This document shows, piece after piece, positions 1 through 10,016 of a stretch of 64,000 nucleotides of DNA. Both the position numbers and the translations under genes were made by a program. How positions within the stretch are numbered: the stretch's first letter is position 1; each line of letters opens with the position of its first letter. The stretch is taken from positions 160,001 through 224,000 of the forward strand of contig CAVWXH010000016.1 in the NCBI GenBank assembly GCA_963758915.1, read 5' to 3'. The DNA comes from an uncultured Methanomicrobiales archaeon. Its GTDB lineage: Archaea > Halobacteriota > Methanomicrobia > Methanomicrobiales > Methanospirillaceae. The notes under the pieces are model-generated. The model was not told where the DNA came from, made no database searches, and saw nothing but the letters and a program-made list of their open reading frames with translations.

Positions 1-119
1 AGTGCCCGGCCCAGGCAATTTTAATGAATAATGAAAAGGCAAAGGTTGACAAGGAACTGTGTGTTGATTGTGGTTCCTGTGTCGATGTATGTCCATCCGA
101 GGCAATCCACCTCGAATAA
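1..119 (+). CDS. 4Fe-4S dicluster ferredoxin, 3' part (truncated by window edge)
   Basis: Frame from nt 3 reads CPAQAILMNNEKAKVDKELCVDCGSCVDVCPSEAIHLE*, a CxxCxxCxxxCP motif. Confidence 0.9.
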   Translation, partial: CPAQAILMNNEKAKVDKELCVDCGSCVDVCPSEAIHLE

Positions 120-165
120 AAATCAAACGATTTAATTACTCCAATGATATAGCTATTTTCTATCT

Positions 166-1182
166 ATGATCAATGTTGGAGTATTAGGCGCGACGGGCGC
201 TGTAGGTCAGCGGTTTGTACAACTTCTTGCTGACCATCCCTGGTTTCACCTCAAGGCTCTCACTGCCTCGGACAGGAGTGCAGGAAAGTTATACCGGGAC
301 GTTGTAAACTGGCGGGTGGATGTGCCATTTCCTGAAAAATTTGGTGATATCCGCATAAGCCCTACTACCACAGAGAGCCTGAAAGGTGTTGACCTGGTCT
401 TCTCTGCATTACCGGCAGAGATTGCCGGGAGTGTGGAGACGATGTGCGCTGATGCTGGTATCGGGGTCTGCAGTAATGCAAGCTCACACCGTATGGAGAA
501 GGATATCCCGCTTGTCGTTCCTGAGGTAAACCCTGATCACCTGGGCCTTATCGATGTCCAGCGGGATAATGGCAGAGACGGGTTTATCGTCACCAATCCT
601 AACTGTTCAACAATTATGCTTGTGATGTCTCTTGCCCCCCTCAGGTCCTTTGCATTCTCAGATGTTAGGGTGGCAACCATGCAGGCGATTTCAGGTGCAG
701 GTTTCCAGGGTGTTGCTGCCATGGCGATCTATGACAACATAATTCCCTACATCGGCGGGGAAGAACAGAAAATGGAAACTGAGTCCCTGAAGATTATGGG
801 GGCCCTTGAAGGCTCTGAAGTGAAGAATGCACCGTTCACGGTGAGCGCGAGCTGTCACCGGGTACCGGTAATCGATGGTCATACCATGGCGGTCTGGATC
901 GATATTAAGGAGAAGGTGGAGAAGGTCATCGAATCTTATAAACTCTATAAGCCCCCTATCAGCGGTCTTCCTACCCAGCCATTACAATCCGTTCACCTGT
1001 TTGACGAACCCGACAGGCCCCAGCCAAGACTCGACCGGCTTCGCGGGGACGGGATGACGGTGTCTGTGGGTAGAGTCCGTGAAGGACTGCGGTATGTAAC
1101 GATGGGGCATAATACCGTCCGGGGGGCAGCCGGGGCATCAGTCCTTAATGCTGAATTGATTTACACAAAAAAATACCTCTGA
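166..1182 (+). CDS. asd: Aspartate-semialdehyde dehydrogenase
   Basis: GATGAVGQ Rossmann motif, catalytic NPNCST, QAISGAG, HNTVRGAAG. Confidence 0.97.
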   Translation: MINVGVLGATGAVGQRFVQLLADHPWFHLKALTASDRSAGKLYRDVVNWRVDVPFPEKFGDIRISPTTTESLKGVDLVFSALPAEIAGSVETMCADAGIGVCSNASSHRMEKDIPLVVPEVNPDHLGLIDVQRDNGRDGFIVTNPNCSTIMLVMSLAPLRSFAFSDVRVATMQAISGAGFQGVAAMAIYDNIIPYIGGEEQKMETESLKIMGALEGSEVKNAPFTVSASCHRVPVIDGHTMAVWIDIKEKVEKVIESYKLYKPPISGLPTQPLQSVHLFDEPDRPQPRLDRLRGDGMTVSVGRVREGLRYVTMGHNTVRGAAGASVLNAELIYTKKYL

Positions 1183-1197
1183 CAGGGGACCACGTAC

Positions 1198-1491
1198 ATG
1201 ATCAAAGACAATACAGTTTTCGTAGGAAACAAACCAGTCATGAACTACGTTCTGGCAGTCGTCACACAGTTCAACAATGGAGCAGAGGAAGTTGCAATAA
1301 AGGCCAGGGGTAAGGCAATATCACGGGCGGTCGATACAGCTGAGATTTCACTGAACCGGTTCCTTGAAGGAGTCAGCAAAAAAGAGATCATCACCTGTAC
1401 AGAAGTGATTGATACCGATAGTGGAAAGACTAATGTTTCCAGTATTGAGATCATCCTAATTTCACAGGGTGGCGAAATAAAAAAGCAATAA
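1198..1491 (+). CDS. albA: DNA/RNA-binding protein Alba
   Basis: [30 protein letters not shown] Alba signatures. Confidence 0.96.
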   Translation: MIKDNTVFVGNKPVMNYVLAVVTQFNNGAEEVAIKARGKAISRAVDTAEISLNRFLEGVSKKEIITCTEVIDTDSGKTNVSSIEIILISQGGEIKKQ

Positions 1492-1629
1492 CAAAATTTT
1501 ATCATTATGTGACATTTTTTAAATTTAAACGCTATTTTACTATTATTATTGCAAATGGCAGGCAATTTTTGGTTCTTGAACCCAACGTTACCAGAAAGGA
1601 TATAAGATGTGCGCCGAAATATAGTACTG

Positions 1630-2076
1630 ATGAGAGTAAGAGTCATCGCCGTTCTTTGTCTAATTATCATGAGTATGGCGATGCCGGTCCTGGCAGCGAA
1701 TGATGAGCGTTACAGCTACATCAAGATTAATGATATGACTATCAATCTCGAGAAGGACCAGGCGAATATCAAGGTGAATTATACCATTGACCCCGGTACA
1801 CAGCTTATCGTGTACCTTCTTGGCAAACAGGACCTGAAAAATAAATTATTAAAAGTCTTAAACTATGAAGATGCCACGGTAAAAAATGTGGAGATGAACA
1901 GTGCAGAGATCCAGATTAATGATATTTCATATGATTATGGCAAGGGGATCTACTGGTTCCCTGAACATGAATTCAATGTTGTAATCCCAAATCTCAGGGT
2001 TGTTTCTCCACAGGTCACCCGGGAATACCGTAATACTAAAAAGTTCTCTGATGGGATGGGCTTTTTCGACCGATAA
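1630..2076 (+). CDS. Hypothetical exported protein
   Basis: N-terminal signal-peptide-like segment (MRVRVIAVLCLIIMSMAMPVLA); no recognisable domain; ORF track starts at 1609. Confidence 0.75.
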   Translation: MRVRVIAVLCLIIMSMAMPVLAANDERYSYIKINDMTINLEKDQANIKVNYTIDPGTQLIVYLLGKQDLKNKLLKVLNYEDATVKNVEMNSAEIQINDISYDYGKGIYWFPEHEFNVVIPNLRVVSPQVTREYRNTKKFSDGMGFFDR

Positions 2077-2204
2077 TTAAGCCAGTCCTGATCAGGCCCC
2101 CGATTTGTTGCATTCTTTGGCTGATCTGAAAAACTCCGGCAGAACAATATGAGAGGCCACCTTTTTATTGCTCATCTATGAGTAAAAGACTCATAGCAGT
2201 CTTT

Positions 2205-2361
2205 GTCGAAACCCTGTACGCTTATAAAAAGGAAGGGAAACTACGCAGACTGGAGGGAAGTTTCAACCCCTTATGGTCCAACCCCCCATACGATATCCTT
2301 TGGGCCGGGTTCAACTACAGTACTCCTGAAAATGTCAGAGATTAAAGGTCATTCCCTATCC
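2205..2361 (+). repeat. Dispersed intergenic repeat, copy 1
   Basis: Shares GCAGACnGGAGGG..GTTTCA, GATATCCTTTG, CCTGAAAATnTCAG and AAAGGnCATTCCCTATCC blocks with the reverse complement of 35292-35466. Confidence 0.75.
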
Positions 2362-2557
2362 AGAGAGCATTTCGACAGAACAGCATGTTATAATTTATAC
2401 GGCAAAAAACCGGTATACCCTCCATTCAAATCCGGGCTTCAAGAGGCGTTATTCTGAATCTTTCTCCAGGAATTCCGGTCAGGGCCTCTACCATCTCAAG
2501 AATGGAATGCCGGTATTCAAAAAGCGATGGTAATCCGGTGCCATGGATTCAGGGGGC

Positions 2558-3715
2558 CTAGACTATTTCGATGAACTCTTCCTCTGGTTGCTGGTCTATG
2601 ATCCAGCGGTTAATGTAACGCTGAATGCCCACTCCTGCAAATATACATGCAAATCCTCCGATTATGCCAAAGAATATATACTGGAGCGCTGTTTCAGACG
2701 TATAGGGGAACTCCGCTACTGCAGATACTGACATGACATAGATACTGGCACCATAGGCGATCAAGCCGATTGCACTGATAAAGAAAGGAAATACAATGAC
2801 CTTTGCAAGTCCTTCCCGTTCGTAAAAGAAATTATCTATGATAATCCCTATAGACGCAACGACGCCCCCAAGAGTGATCCAGAGTACCGAGCCATAGATA
2901 AAGGTCACAAGGTACAGGAGTATTCCAAATGATCCGTCCGAGGGATAATGCTCGAGAATACTCATCAGCCCCAGTACCAGTCCGACAATGAGGAGCAGAA
3001 TACCAACGATATACGTTACAAATGAAAACCTGGCCCTTTTTAATGAGATTTTGAGGGCATTTACAAATCCACTGAATGAATCATCAATGCCAAACCCGCG
3101 ATACAGGAGGTACACTCCGATAACCCCGACAACGATGATTGTTGCGATTTGAGGATACCCGAGAAGGTTTGCCCCGGCATACAGGAGCATGGCAAGCCCC
3201 AGGGGGACCAGGAAAATCCTTGCGATTTTCGGGTCGTTTAAAAGTTTTTTAATTATATAATAGGTGCCTTCAAGGTTTGGGATCTGGGATACCACGACAC
3301 GGCGGATACTTGCTACCTGCAGCTTTGACTGGATAATAGGGATAACAAATTCATCCTCTGCACCATCGGCGATCATGATGCAGCTGGTGACTCCGGTCTG
3401 CTGAACTACCATACCAAGGTGTTCTGCGATACGACGGTCACCTTCTATCATATTCATATGGTTACCGGAAATGAGTGCTACCTCGACGTCCTCACCAGCG
3501 GTTTTAAGTTCGTCGTAGGTCTTGACTGCCTGGAAGATTGCATTCACATCGGAATCTTCAGGATCGGCGAGGCCAAGGGTCACTGCAGCATTGAGGCACT
3601 CTTCACGACCTATTACGGGGCTAACTATACCTGCCTTGTAGCCGATATCATCGTCCCGGTCCACGGAGAGGACCAGTGTTCGCCCCTGTGCCATTTCAGT
3701 ATAGAAATAGACCAC
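2558..3715 (-). CDS. DUF373 family membrane protein
   Basis: LVLSVDRDDDIG, DPEDSDVN and DGAEDE motifs followed by several TM helices. Confidence 0.88.
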   Translation of the reverse strand: MVYFYTEMAQGRTLVLSVDRDDDIGYKAGIVSPVIGREECLNAAVTLGLADPEDSDVNAIFQAVKTYDELKTAGEDVEVALISGNHMNMIEGDRRIAEHLGMVVQQTGVTSCIMIADGAEDEFVIPIIQSKLQVASIRRVVVSQIPNLEGTYYIIKKLLNDPKIARIFLVPLGLAMLLYAGANLLGYPQIATIIVVGVIGVYLLYRGFGIDDSFSGFVNALKISLKRARFSFVTYIVGILLLIVGLVLGLMSILEHYPSDGSFGILLYLVTFIYGSVLWITLGGVVASIGIIIDNFFYEREGLAKVIVFPFFISAIGLIAYGASIYVMSVSAVAEFPYTSETALQYIFFGIIGGFACIFAGVGIQRYINRWIIDQQPEEEFIEIV

Positions 3716-3768
3716 GAATCTATTAAATAATTGCCCGTGCGTTGAAAAAAAGAGGAGATATTTTAAAA

Positions 3769-4629
3769 TTATAGCATTTTTGAACGTTGCAGGAGCAGTA
3801 GATCATCAGTTGTGAGTTTCTCACCTGAACGGAACATCTTGAAGATATGCTCTGCCTCTTTCCTGACAGCTTTCTGCTCTTTGGTAACTTTGACTTTCTT
3901 TGTCTTCTTGCGGAGCCCGGAGATGACTTTGTCGTAGTCACGAAGTTCCTTCTGGCATGCAATGAAGAATTTATGTTCCGCATCGGCAGCTTCCTGCGCC
4001 TCAACAAAAAGCCTGTGTTGTGCATCAGCCTCTTCACGCGACTTGTCAGCTTTGCGGTAGAATTCAACCATCAGGTCATGGTGTTTCTGGGCAAGCTCCG
4101 CCATTTCGGTGACTTTTGCGTGAATGTCGGATGCCTCTTTCCGATATTCCCGTGCAGAGGTGATCTTGGTCTTGATCTCCTTATTCTGCTCTAATTCAGC
4201 CTCCTGCTCCCTCACGGAGGATTTCATCTGCTTTATCTTGTCGATAAGTTCTCGTTCCTTATCGGTGCTGATGACCTCTGTCTGCTGGCGGAATTCGAGG
4301 TGTTCGATCTGTTTCTGGATCTCCTTGATACCCCGGTTTTTTACACCGCCATGCTCCTTTTTGAAGGACTCAATTTCGTCAAAAAATTCGTTGGCCTTCT
4401 CATTCAGGTCATTCCGGAGGTCCTTAAATGACTGTACCTCGTTGTTGGATTTATCCCGGAGGTCCTTGTTGGTCTGCGCCTCCTCCACATACTCCCGTGT
4501 CTTGTTGTTTAAGGCGTTCCGCTCTTTTGCATACTTGCTTGCAGCTGCGTTCAGCTCATTTCTTCTGTTTTTATGCTGTTCAGACTCGGCGAGAATCTTC
4601 TTTCTCTTCTCAATTAATTCGTTCAACAT
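3769..4629 (-). CDS. Archaeal coiled-coil protein (COG1340-like; often mislabelled phosphoserine phosphatase)
   Basis: K/E-rich heptads with RxxLN repeats and C-terminal GEKLTTDDLLLLQ; start taken at MLNELIEKR. Confidence 0.85.
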   Translation of the reverse strand: MLNELIEKRKKILAESEQHKNRRNELNAAASKYAKERNALNNKTREYVEEAQTNKDLRDKSNNEVQSFKDLRNDLNEKANEFFDEIESFKKEHGGVKNRGIKEIQKQIEHLEFRQQTEVISTDKERELIDKIKQMKSSVREQEAELEQNKEIKTKITSAREYRKEASDIHAKVTEMAELAQKHHDLMVEFYRKADKSREEADAQHRLFVEAQEAADAEHKFFIACQKELRDYDKVISGLRKKTKKVKVTKEQKAVRKEAEHIFKMFRSGEKLTTDDLLLLQRSKML

Positions 4630-5258
4630 GCAATACTCATCCTCGATAATCGATTCCGGTAATACCCTCGGACAGGAAAGACAGGTTTTTGGGATAACGG
4701 TGTGGCAGGATGAGGGAGGAAAGAACAATCAGAGTTTACAATCACGTTGTTTCCCGGTAGAAAAGTAACAGGCATTACCCTTGTAACAATCCGGAGAAAC
4801 GGTAATTTTCGAGTGCAACCTGCGTTGCCCTTGTTCATCTGTCTGTTCATGATGTTCAACTCCCGATACCAATCTGCCATTTGAGCAACCGTGGCGGTTT
4901 ACTCCGGACAGACACCCAGTATTCCAGATGAGGGATTATCTGAAAGACTTTCTAGTATTTAGAAGACACCGGAATTATTAAGCGTTTCGCTGATACCCGG
5001 ATCTCCCTCTACGATACGAGGTAGCTGGGTTGTTATTTACCCTGATAACCTGGCGGGCTTTCTTGGGAAAAATAAGGGTGTAATGGAGTAATCCGTGAAT
5101 ATTCTATTCTTCTGTTTATCAAGGCGCTTATTATTCAGTATCGGAAACCCAGGGACTGTCCAGGGACCCCGGACGGGATTGCATCTATCGCACCTGAAAA
5201 GGACGTTAAAAAACAAATTTCACAAAAGTGGAAGAGTGAGGTTTAACTGTTTTTTTGT

Positions 5259-6413
5259 TTACCCGACCCATTCCAGAAGACTTCCACCGCTTGTCATATC
5301 GCGGGATTTCCTGTTCTTTGGCAGTTCTACCATCTTTGGATTTGCTTTTTTCTGGTCCATATCTGCGATCATAGACTTGTAGGTCTGCCGGTTTCCAAGG
5401 AGTGCTCCTTTTTCGACACCGGTCATGATTGCGAGAACCCGTACCTTGCCTTCCATATCGTTCCGTACACGGGCGCCCCAGATAACATCTGCATGGGGAT
5501 CGAGTTCATACGTGAGCGAAGTGGCAATTTCCTCCGCATCCTGAAGTGTAAGGTCGCTTCCACCCGTTATGTGGATCAGGCTCCCTGTGGCGCCACGGTA
5601 ATCAATATCCAGCATCGGGTTTGAGAGACATTCCCTCACAACACTCTCTGATTTGTTCTGCTGCTTGCTTTCACCTACAAGCATCACGGCGACTCCTCCC
5701 TTGCTCATAATCGCGCGCACATCTGCGTAATCGATATTGATCAATGACGGTTCCGTGATCGTTTCGCTGATACCTTTTACTGTCTCTCCGATCAACTGGT
5801 CCATTACCGAGAAAGCCTGTCCGAGGGGCAGGTTTGGCACGAAGTTCTTCAGTCTGTTGTTGTCAAGGACAATTACAGAGTCTGATGCTGCAGACAGGGC
5901 CTCAAGTCCTTCCTCAGCCCGGATCAGGCGCGCCTTTTCCACCTGGAACGGGTAACTTACCATTGCAACAACGATAGCCCCCTGTTCTTTTGCGATCTGG
6001 GCTACAACCGGTGCTGAACCAGTCCCTGTACCGCCACCCATACCAGCTGTAATGAAACAGAGGTCTGCGGATTCGAGGAGTGCTTCGAGAGTCGGCCTCG
6101 CCATCTCTGCCGCTCTTTTCCCTACATCAGGATAGCCACCTGCACCAAGACCCCTGGTGAGTGATTTGCCAATCAGGACTCTTTTGTCTGCCTGGACCAT
6201 GTCAAGATGCTGTTTATCGGTATTGATCGCGATAGTTTCAGCACCGTTCACTCCCATGTGGTGCAACCTGTTGACGGTGTTGTTTCCTGCGCCACCGCAC
6301 CCGATGATAACGATACGCGGCTGCCCGACAAAATCATCGTCAATTGCACCCCCGTTTTTCATCTCCTTTTCAATCTCTGAATTTTTTAATGCCTCGTTGA
6401 TAATAGTCTGCAT
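5259..6413 (-). CDS. ftsZ: Cell division protein FtsZ (FtsZ2 type, cdrS-linked)
   Basis: GCGGAGNN, tubulin signature [18 protein letters not shown]7 loop. Confidence 0.98.
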   Translation of the reverse strand: MQTIINEALKNSEIEKEMKNGGAIDDDFVGQPRIVIIGCGGAGNNTVNRLHHMGVNGAETIAINTDKQHLDMVQADKRVLIGKSLTRGLGAGGYPDVGKRAAEMARPTLEALLESADLCFITAGMGGGTGTGSAPVVAQIAKEQGAIVVAMVSYPFQVEKARLIRAEEGLEALSAASDSVIVLDNNRLKNFVPNLPLGQAFSVMDQLIGETVKGISETITEPSLINIDYADVRAIMSKGGVAVMLVGESKQQNKSESVVRECLSNPMLDIDYRGATGSLIHITGGSDLTLQDAEEIATSLTYELDPHADVIWGARVRNDMEGKVRVLAIMTGVEKGALLGNRQTYKSMIADMDQKKANPKMVELPKNRKSRDMTSGGSLLEWVG

Positions 6414-6427
6414 TTCTTCTTACCCTC

Positions 6428-6607
6428 CTAAACCTTGAATGAAACCTGGTCGCTGTCTCTGATTATACGGCCTGCTCGCCGTTCGATGAGTTGACGAACC
6501 GCATCCCGCACTGCTTCTGATACTGTCGGGAACTCTCCGGCATCTACCATCTGCTCTAGCAATTCGATTTGTTGTTCGGGTAACCGGAGTGTGATTCGCT
6601 TCATCAT
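6428..6607 (-). CDS. cdrS: Ribbon-helix-helix regulator CdrS
   Basis: MKRITLRLP...[18 protein letters not shown] pattern directly upstream of ftsZ; GGTGA RBS before ATG. Confidence 0.88.
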   Translation of the reverse strand: MMKRITLRLPEQQIELLEQMVDAGEFPTVSEAVRDAVRQLIERRAGRIIRDSDQVSFKV

Positions 6608-6622
6608 AACTTTCACCTAGTT

Positions 6623-6685
6623 CTGACAATTGACTGACAATTGTCTGACAATTGACAGACAGATAGAACCTATTTGTCTGACAAA
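6623..6685. promoter_or_regulatory. Three tandem 11-bp repeats CTGACAATTG(A/T) plus palindrome TTTGTC-T-GACAAA in the cdrS leader; putative RHH operator
   Basis: Repeats at 6623, 6634 and 6645; palindrome at 6673-6685; minus-strand TATA-like TTTATATA near 6714-6721. Confidence 0.65.
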
Positions 6686-6816
6686 CCAGATAAACCAGAA
6701 TATTACGTTTATCTATATAAATCTTTTTAGATCCGCCAGGGCCGGAATGAAGAGGCCCGATTCGTAACGAATTTAAGCCCCGATATTCTACATAAACCCA
6801 TAAAGAGGACGAAACT

Positions 6817-7815
6817 GTGGGATCAGGACTTCCGGTAAAAGGAAAGCATGGGGGGATGATAAAAAAATACCTGGAAATGACAGGGGAGAACGCTATTGAT
6901 TTCAGCGCGAGCCTGAATCCTTTCCCACCTGAAATGGAATGGGATTTTCCCCCCCTCCTCCTGGACCATTACCCGGATGATGATTACATTCAGCTGAAGG
7001 AAGTAATTGGCCGCCTGTTCCACCGGGATGTTGAAGAAATTGCAGTAGGAAACGGGTCAATAGAATTAATCCGTTCATTTTGCCAGGCGATCTTCCGAAA
7101 CCACGGGGCCGCAAAAATAGACCCTCCTACCTTTGGGGAATACCTCCTGTCCGTGCAGCTGGCTGGCGGACACCAGATGAAAGAAGGCGAAATCCCCTCT
7201 GCCGCTTTCCTTTGCAACCCTAATAATCCGACCGGGCGGATAACCCGGAAAAAAGATGTTTGCCGGCTCCTGAAGTTATACGCTGACCAGGGCACAGTCC
7301 TGTTACTTGACGAAGCATTTATTGAACTATCAGACCCCGGTGAGAGTCTTGTTGATAAAAGGCACCCTCATATGTGTATCCTTCGTTCGCTGACCAAGTG
7401 TTTTTCGGTTCCCGGTCTTCGGTTCGGTTATGCGTTTGCCGACCCCGACCTTGTATGCGCCCTGGAGGTGTTGCGTTCTCCATGGAGTGTCAATGCATTT
7501 GCTGAACATTTTGCTATCGAGGCCTTTAAAAAATACCATGAACTTGAGGAATCACGAAAAAAAATAACGAATGAACGCAATTACCTTGTAAACTCACTTC
7601 TTGACCTGGGATTCACCGTGACACCTTCTTCCGCCAACTTCATCCTTGTTGATACCGGAATGGACGCCGGTGTCCTTTGTAATTCACTGACCCGTCATGG
7701 AATACTAGTCCGCGACTGTACATCGTTTGGTCTCCCCCGTTCGATCAGGATATCTGTCCGGACCCGTCCCGAGAATACATCTCTCATCGAGGCATTACGC
7801 GCATGCGTGCAATGA
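6817..7815 (+). CDS. cobD: Threonine-phosphate decarboxylase (CobD-type, PLP class I/II aminotransferase fold)
   Basis: IDFSASLNP, CNPNNPTG, DEAF, RSLTKCFSVPGLRFGY; coupled to cobY. Confidence 0.8.
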   Translation: MGSGLPVKGKHGGMIKKYLEMTGENAIDFSASLNPFPPEMEWDFPPLLLDHYPDDDYIQLKEVIGRLFHRDVEEIAVGNGSIELIRSFCQAIFRNHGAAKIDPPTFGEYLLSVQLAGGHQMKEGEIPSAAFLCNPNNPTGRITRKKDVCRLLKLYADQGTVLLLDEAFIELSDPGESLVDKRHPHMCILRSLTKCFSVPGLRFGYAFADPDLVCALEVLRSPWSVNAFAEHFAIEAFKKYHELEESRKKITNERNYLVNSLLDLGFTVTPSSANFILVDTGMDAGVLCNSLTRHGILVRDCTSFGLPRSIRISVRTRPENTSLIEALRACVQ

Positions 7816-8402
7816 TTATGGCTGGTGGAGCCGGTTCCCGCCTTGCGCTTGGTGAAAAACCTCTGGTGACAATAAACGGGCGACCCATGATCTCTCTTGT
7901 CCTGTCTGCCTTCGAAAAGACCGGTTATGACGTTGTTATCGTTGCCTCCCCCCGGACCCCGTTCACCATGAACTGGGCGAGGGTCCACGGGTATGACTGT
8001 ATCCGGGCATCAGGGCATGGATATCACCGGGACCTTCTGGAGGCTGTAAAGACCATTGAAGAAACCGGCCCCTTTTTCACCTGTGTTTCAGACCTCCCCT
8101 GTCTTTCTGCGGAGCATGTCACAGAAATCCGCGCTGCATACGAAAGCTCGGGAAAGGAGGCCCTTTCAACCTGGGTACCTGTCCCACCCGGGAGTGAAGG
8201 GGTTGACATAGCTTATGCGGAATGTATTTGCGGGGTTGAAGCATGCCCTGCGGGAATAAATATCATCAGGGGTGACCTTATCGACCGCCCCCAGGAAGAA
8301 GAACAACTCCTCATAATGGACCGGTATCTCGCCTATAATATCAATAACCGGGCAGATCTGGAAAAAGTACGCAGGTTCCTCTCGCTTTCAGAACCGGTAT
8401 AG
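7803..8402 (+). CDS. cobY: GTP:adenosylcobinamide-phosphate guanylyltransferase
   Basis: IMAGGAGSRL..EKP NTP-transferase motif, SDLP, NINN; overlaps cobD. Confidence 0.85.
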   Translation: MRAMIMAGGAGSRLALGEKPLVTINGRPMISLVLSAFEKTGYDVVIVASPRTPFTMNWARVHGYDCIRASGHGYHRDLLEAVKTIEETGPFFTCVSDLPCLSAEHVTEIRAAYESSGKEALSTWVPVPPGSEGVDIAYAECICGVEACPAGINIIRGDLIDRPQEEEQLLIMDRYLAYNINNRADLEKVRRFLSLSEPV

Positions 8403-8679
8403 GAAGGTGGCACTGGAACAATATCAGGGTACTCTGCTATGTTGAAACATTAAAAAAAACAGGACATTTCAGTCCTTCAGATCAAAATAACATAAACACG
8501 TCACACTGCCATAATTGAACGTCAGATGAACTGTCCGGTTCTTCCGAACTCTTATAATTACCATGTGATTAGGCACCTGCCTGGCCCCATTGGAACGTTG
8601 AATTGTATTGCTAACAAAAAATTACGACCGGAATTAAAGCAAAAATAAGATAAAATAGCAGCAGAGCCCATATTCTATT

Positions 8680-9917
8680 ATGGAAGCCTCGCGGGAGATC
8701 GAGCTTGAAGGCCATATTATCGACTCGGGCATCATGACTCAGATCTTTGATAAGATCATGGATATGGGTGGTAATTTCGAGATCCTCGTATTTGATGTAG
8801 GAAAACAGAAGACTGACCCAAGTTATGCGCGCCTGAAAGTTAATGCCGCGAGTGATGAACGAGTCGATGCCATCATATCCGAGCTCCACCGCTATGGTGC
8901 CCGCCTTCTTGCAATCGCGGATGTCAGAATAATACCGGCAGAGGCTGACCGTGTTGTCCCAAAAGGTTTCTATTCAACGACCAATTACCCGACATCGATT
9001 AAGTTCCTTGAGTCGTGGATCCCGGTCCAGGCGATAGAGATGGACTGCCTCATTGTGCTCGATACAGAGAGGCTTATCGCAAGGAGCACACCGCTGTCAA
9101 AGCTGAAGAAAGGTGACATGGTAGTCGTCGGCGAGCAGGGTGTACGGATCGTACCCCTGAACGGCCAAGGGAAAAGACCAGCTTTGAATTCATGCACGGG
9201 ACGGTATCTTCAGAGCGTCCCAGTGAAACGATAATCGCGAGAATTGCGAAGGAGATCCTCGAGGTGCACAGGAAGGGAGGAAAAATTGCCCTGGTGGGAG
9301 GACCTGCAATCATTCACACCGGTGCTGACAGGGCACTGGCCGAAATCATCAGGAAAGGTTACATAAATGTCATTTTTGCAGGGAATGCGCTTGCCACCCA
9401 TGATATCGAGTACAACCTGTTCGGTACCTCGTTAGGGATGGACCTGTCAACAGGTAAACCTGTAACCGGCGGGCATAAAAACCACCTGTATGCGATCAGC
9501 GAGGTCATGAGGGCCGGGTCAATTAAAAATGCGGTTGAACAGGGTATCATCACGGGGGGCATTATGTTCGAGTGCGTGAAAAACGATGTACCCTTCGTCC
9601 TGGCAGGGTCCATCAGGGATGACGGTCCCCTCCCCGATGTGATTACCGATATCCTTGTTGCACAGGACCGGATGCGTGACTATACCCAGTCATGCAGCAT
9701 GGTCCTGATGGTGGCAACCCTGCTCCATTCAATCGCGGTGGGTAACTGCCTGCCCTCCTATGTCAAGACAATATGTGTCGACATCAATCCTTCATCGGTG
9801 ACAAAATTAATGGACCGTGGGACTATGCAGGCAATCGGTGTAGTCAGTGATGCCGGCACATTCCTGCCACTCCTGGCAAAACAACTTGATATCCAGAGTG
9901 GATGCAATCAAATCTGA
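8680..9917 (+). CDS. TIGR00300 / LOR-SDH-like (ArgZ/AgrE C-terminal type) ornithine cyclodeaminase; frameshifted near 9154-9157
   Basis: [38 protein letters not shown]; adding one C restores [24 protein letters not shown] (412 aa). Confidence 0.85.
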
Positions 9918-10016
9918 AAATTACTACCGGGTGTACCTTTTTTTTAACAGGGTCAGAATTCCCTCTTTTCCGGGTTTTTAAAAAAAATATACCCATGGAC
10001 AGCCGGTGTACTTTCC

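Noticed and set aside
2203-2457. 84-aa ORF (and ORFs at 12402-12696 and 35162-35511)
   Set aside because: They overlie copies of the non-coding dispersed repeat, and the frames are not conserved between copies
4124-4768. 214-aa plus-strand ORF and other long antisense ORFs (e.g. 35954-36559, 43254-43841)
   Set aside because: Shadows of well-supported genes on the opposite strand, with no recognisable motifs
4730-5250. RNase P or SRP RNA in the large intergenic gaps
   Set aside because: No GAGGAAAGTCC-type RNase P motif or SRP helix-8 motif found
6623-6655. Tandem repeats as a mini-CRISPR
   Set aside because: Units are 11 bp and contiguous with no spacers; they fit an operator better
9140-9200. 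Programmed ribosomal frameshifting at the split genes
   Set aside because: No X XXY YYZ slippery heptamer or obvious stimulatory structure; single-base errors in short runs are simpler
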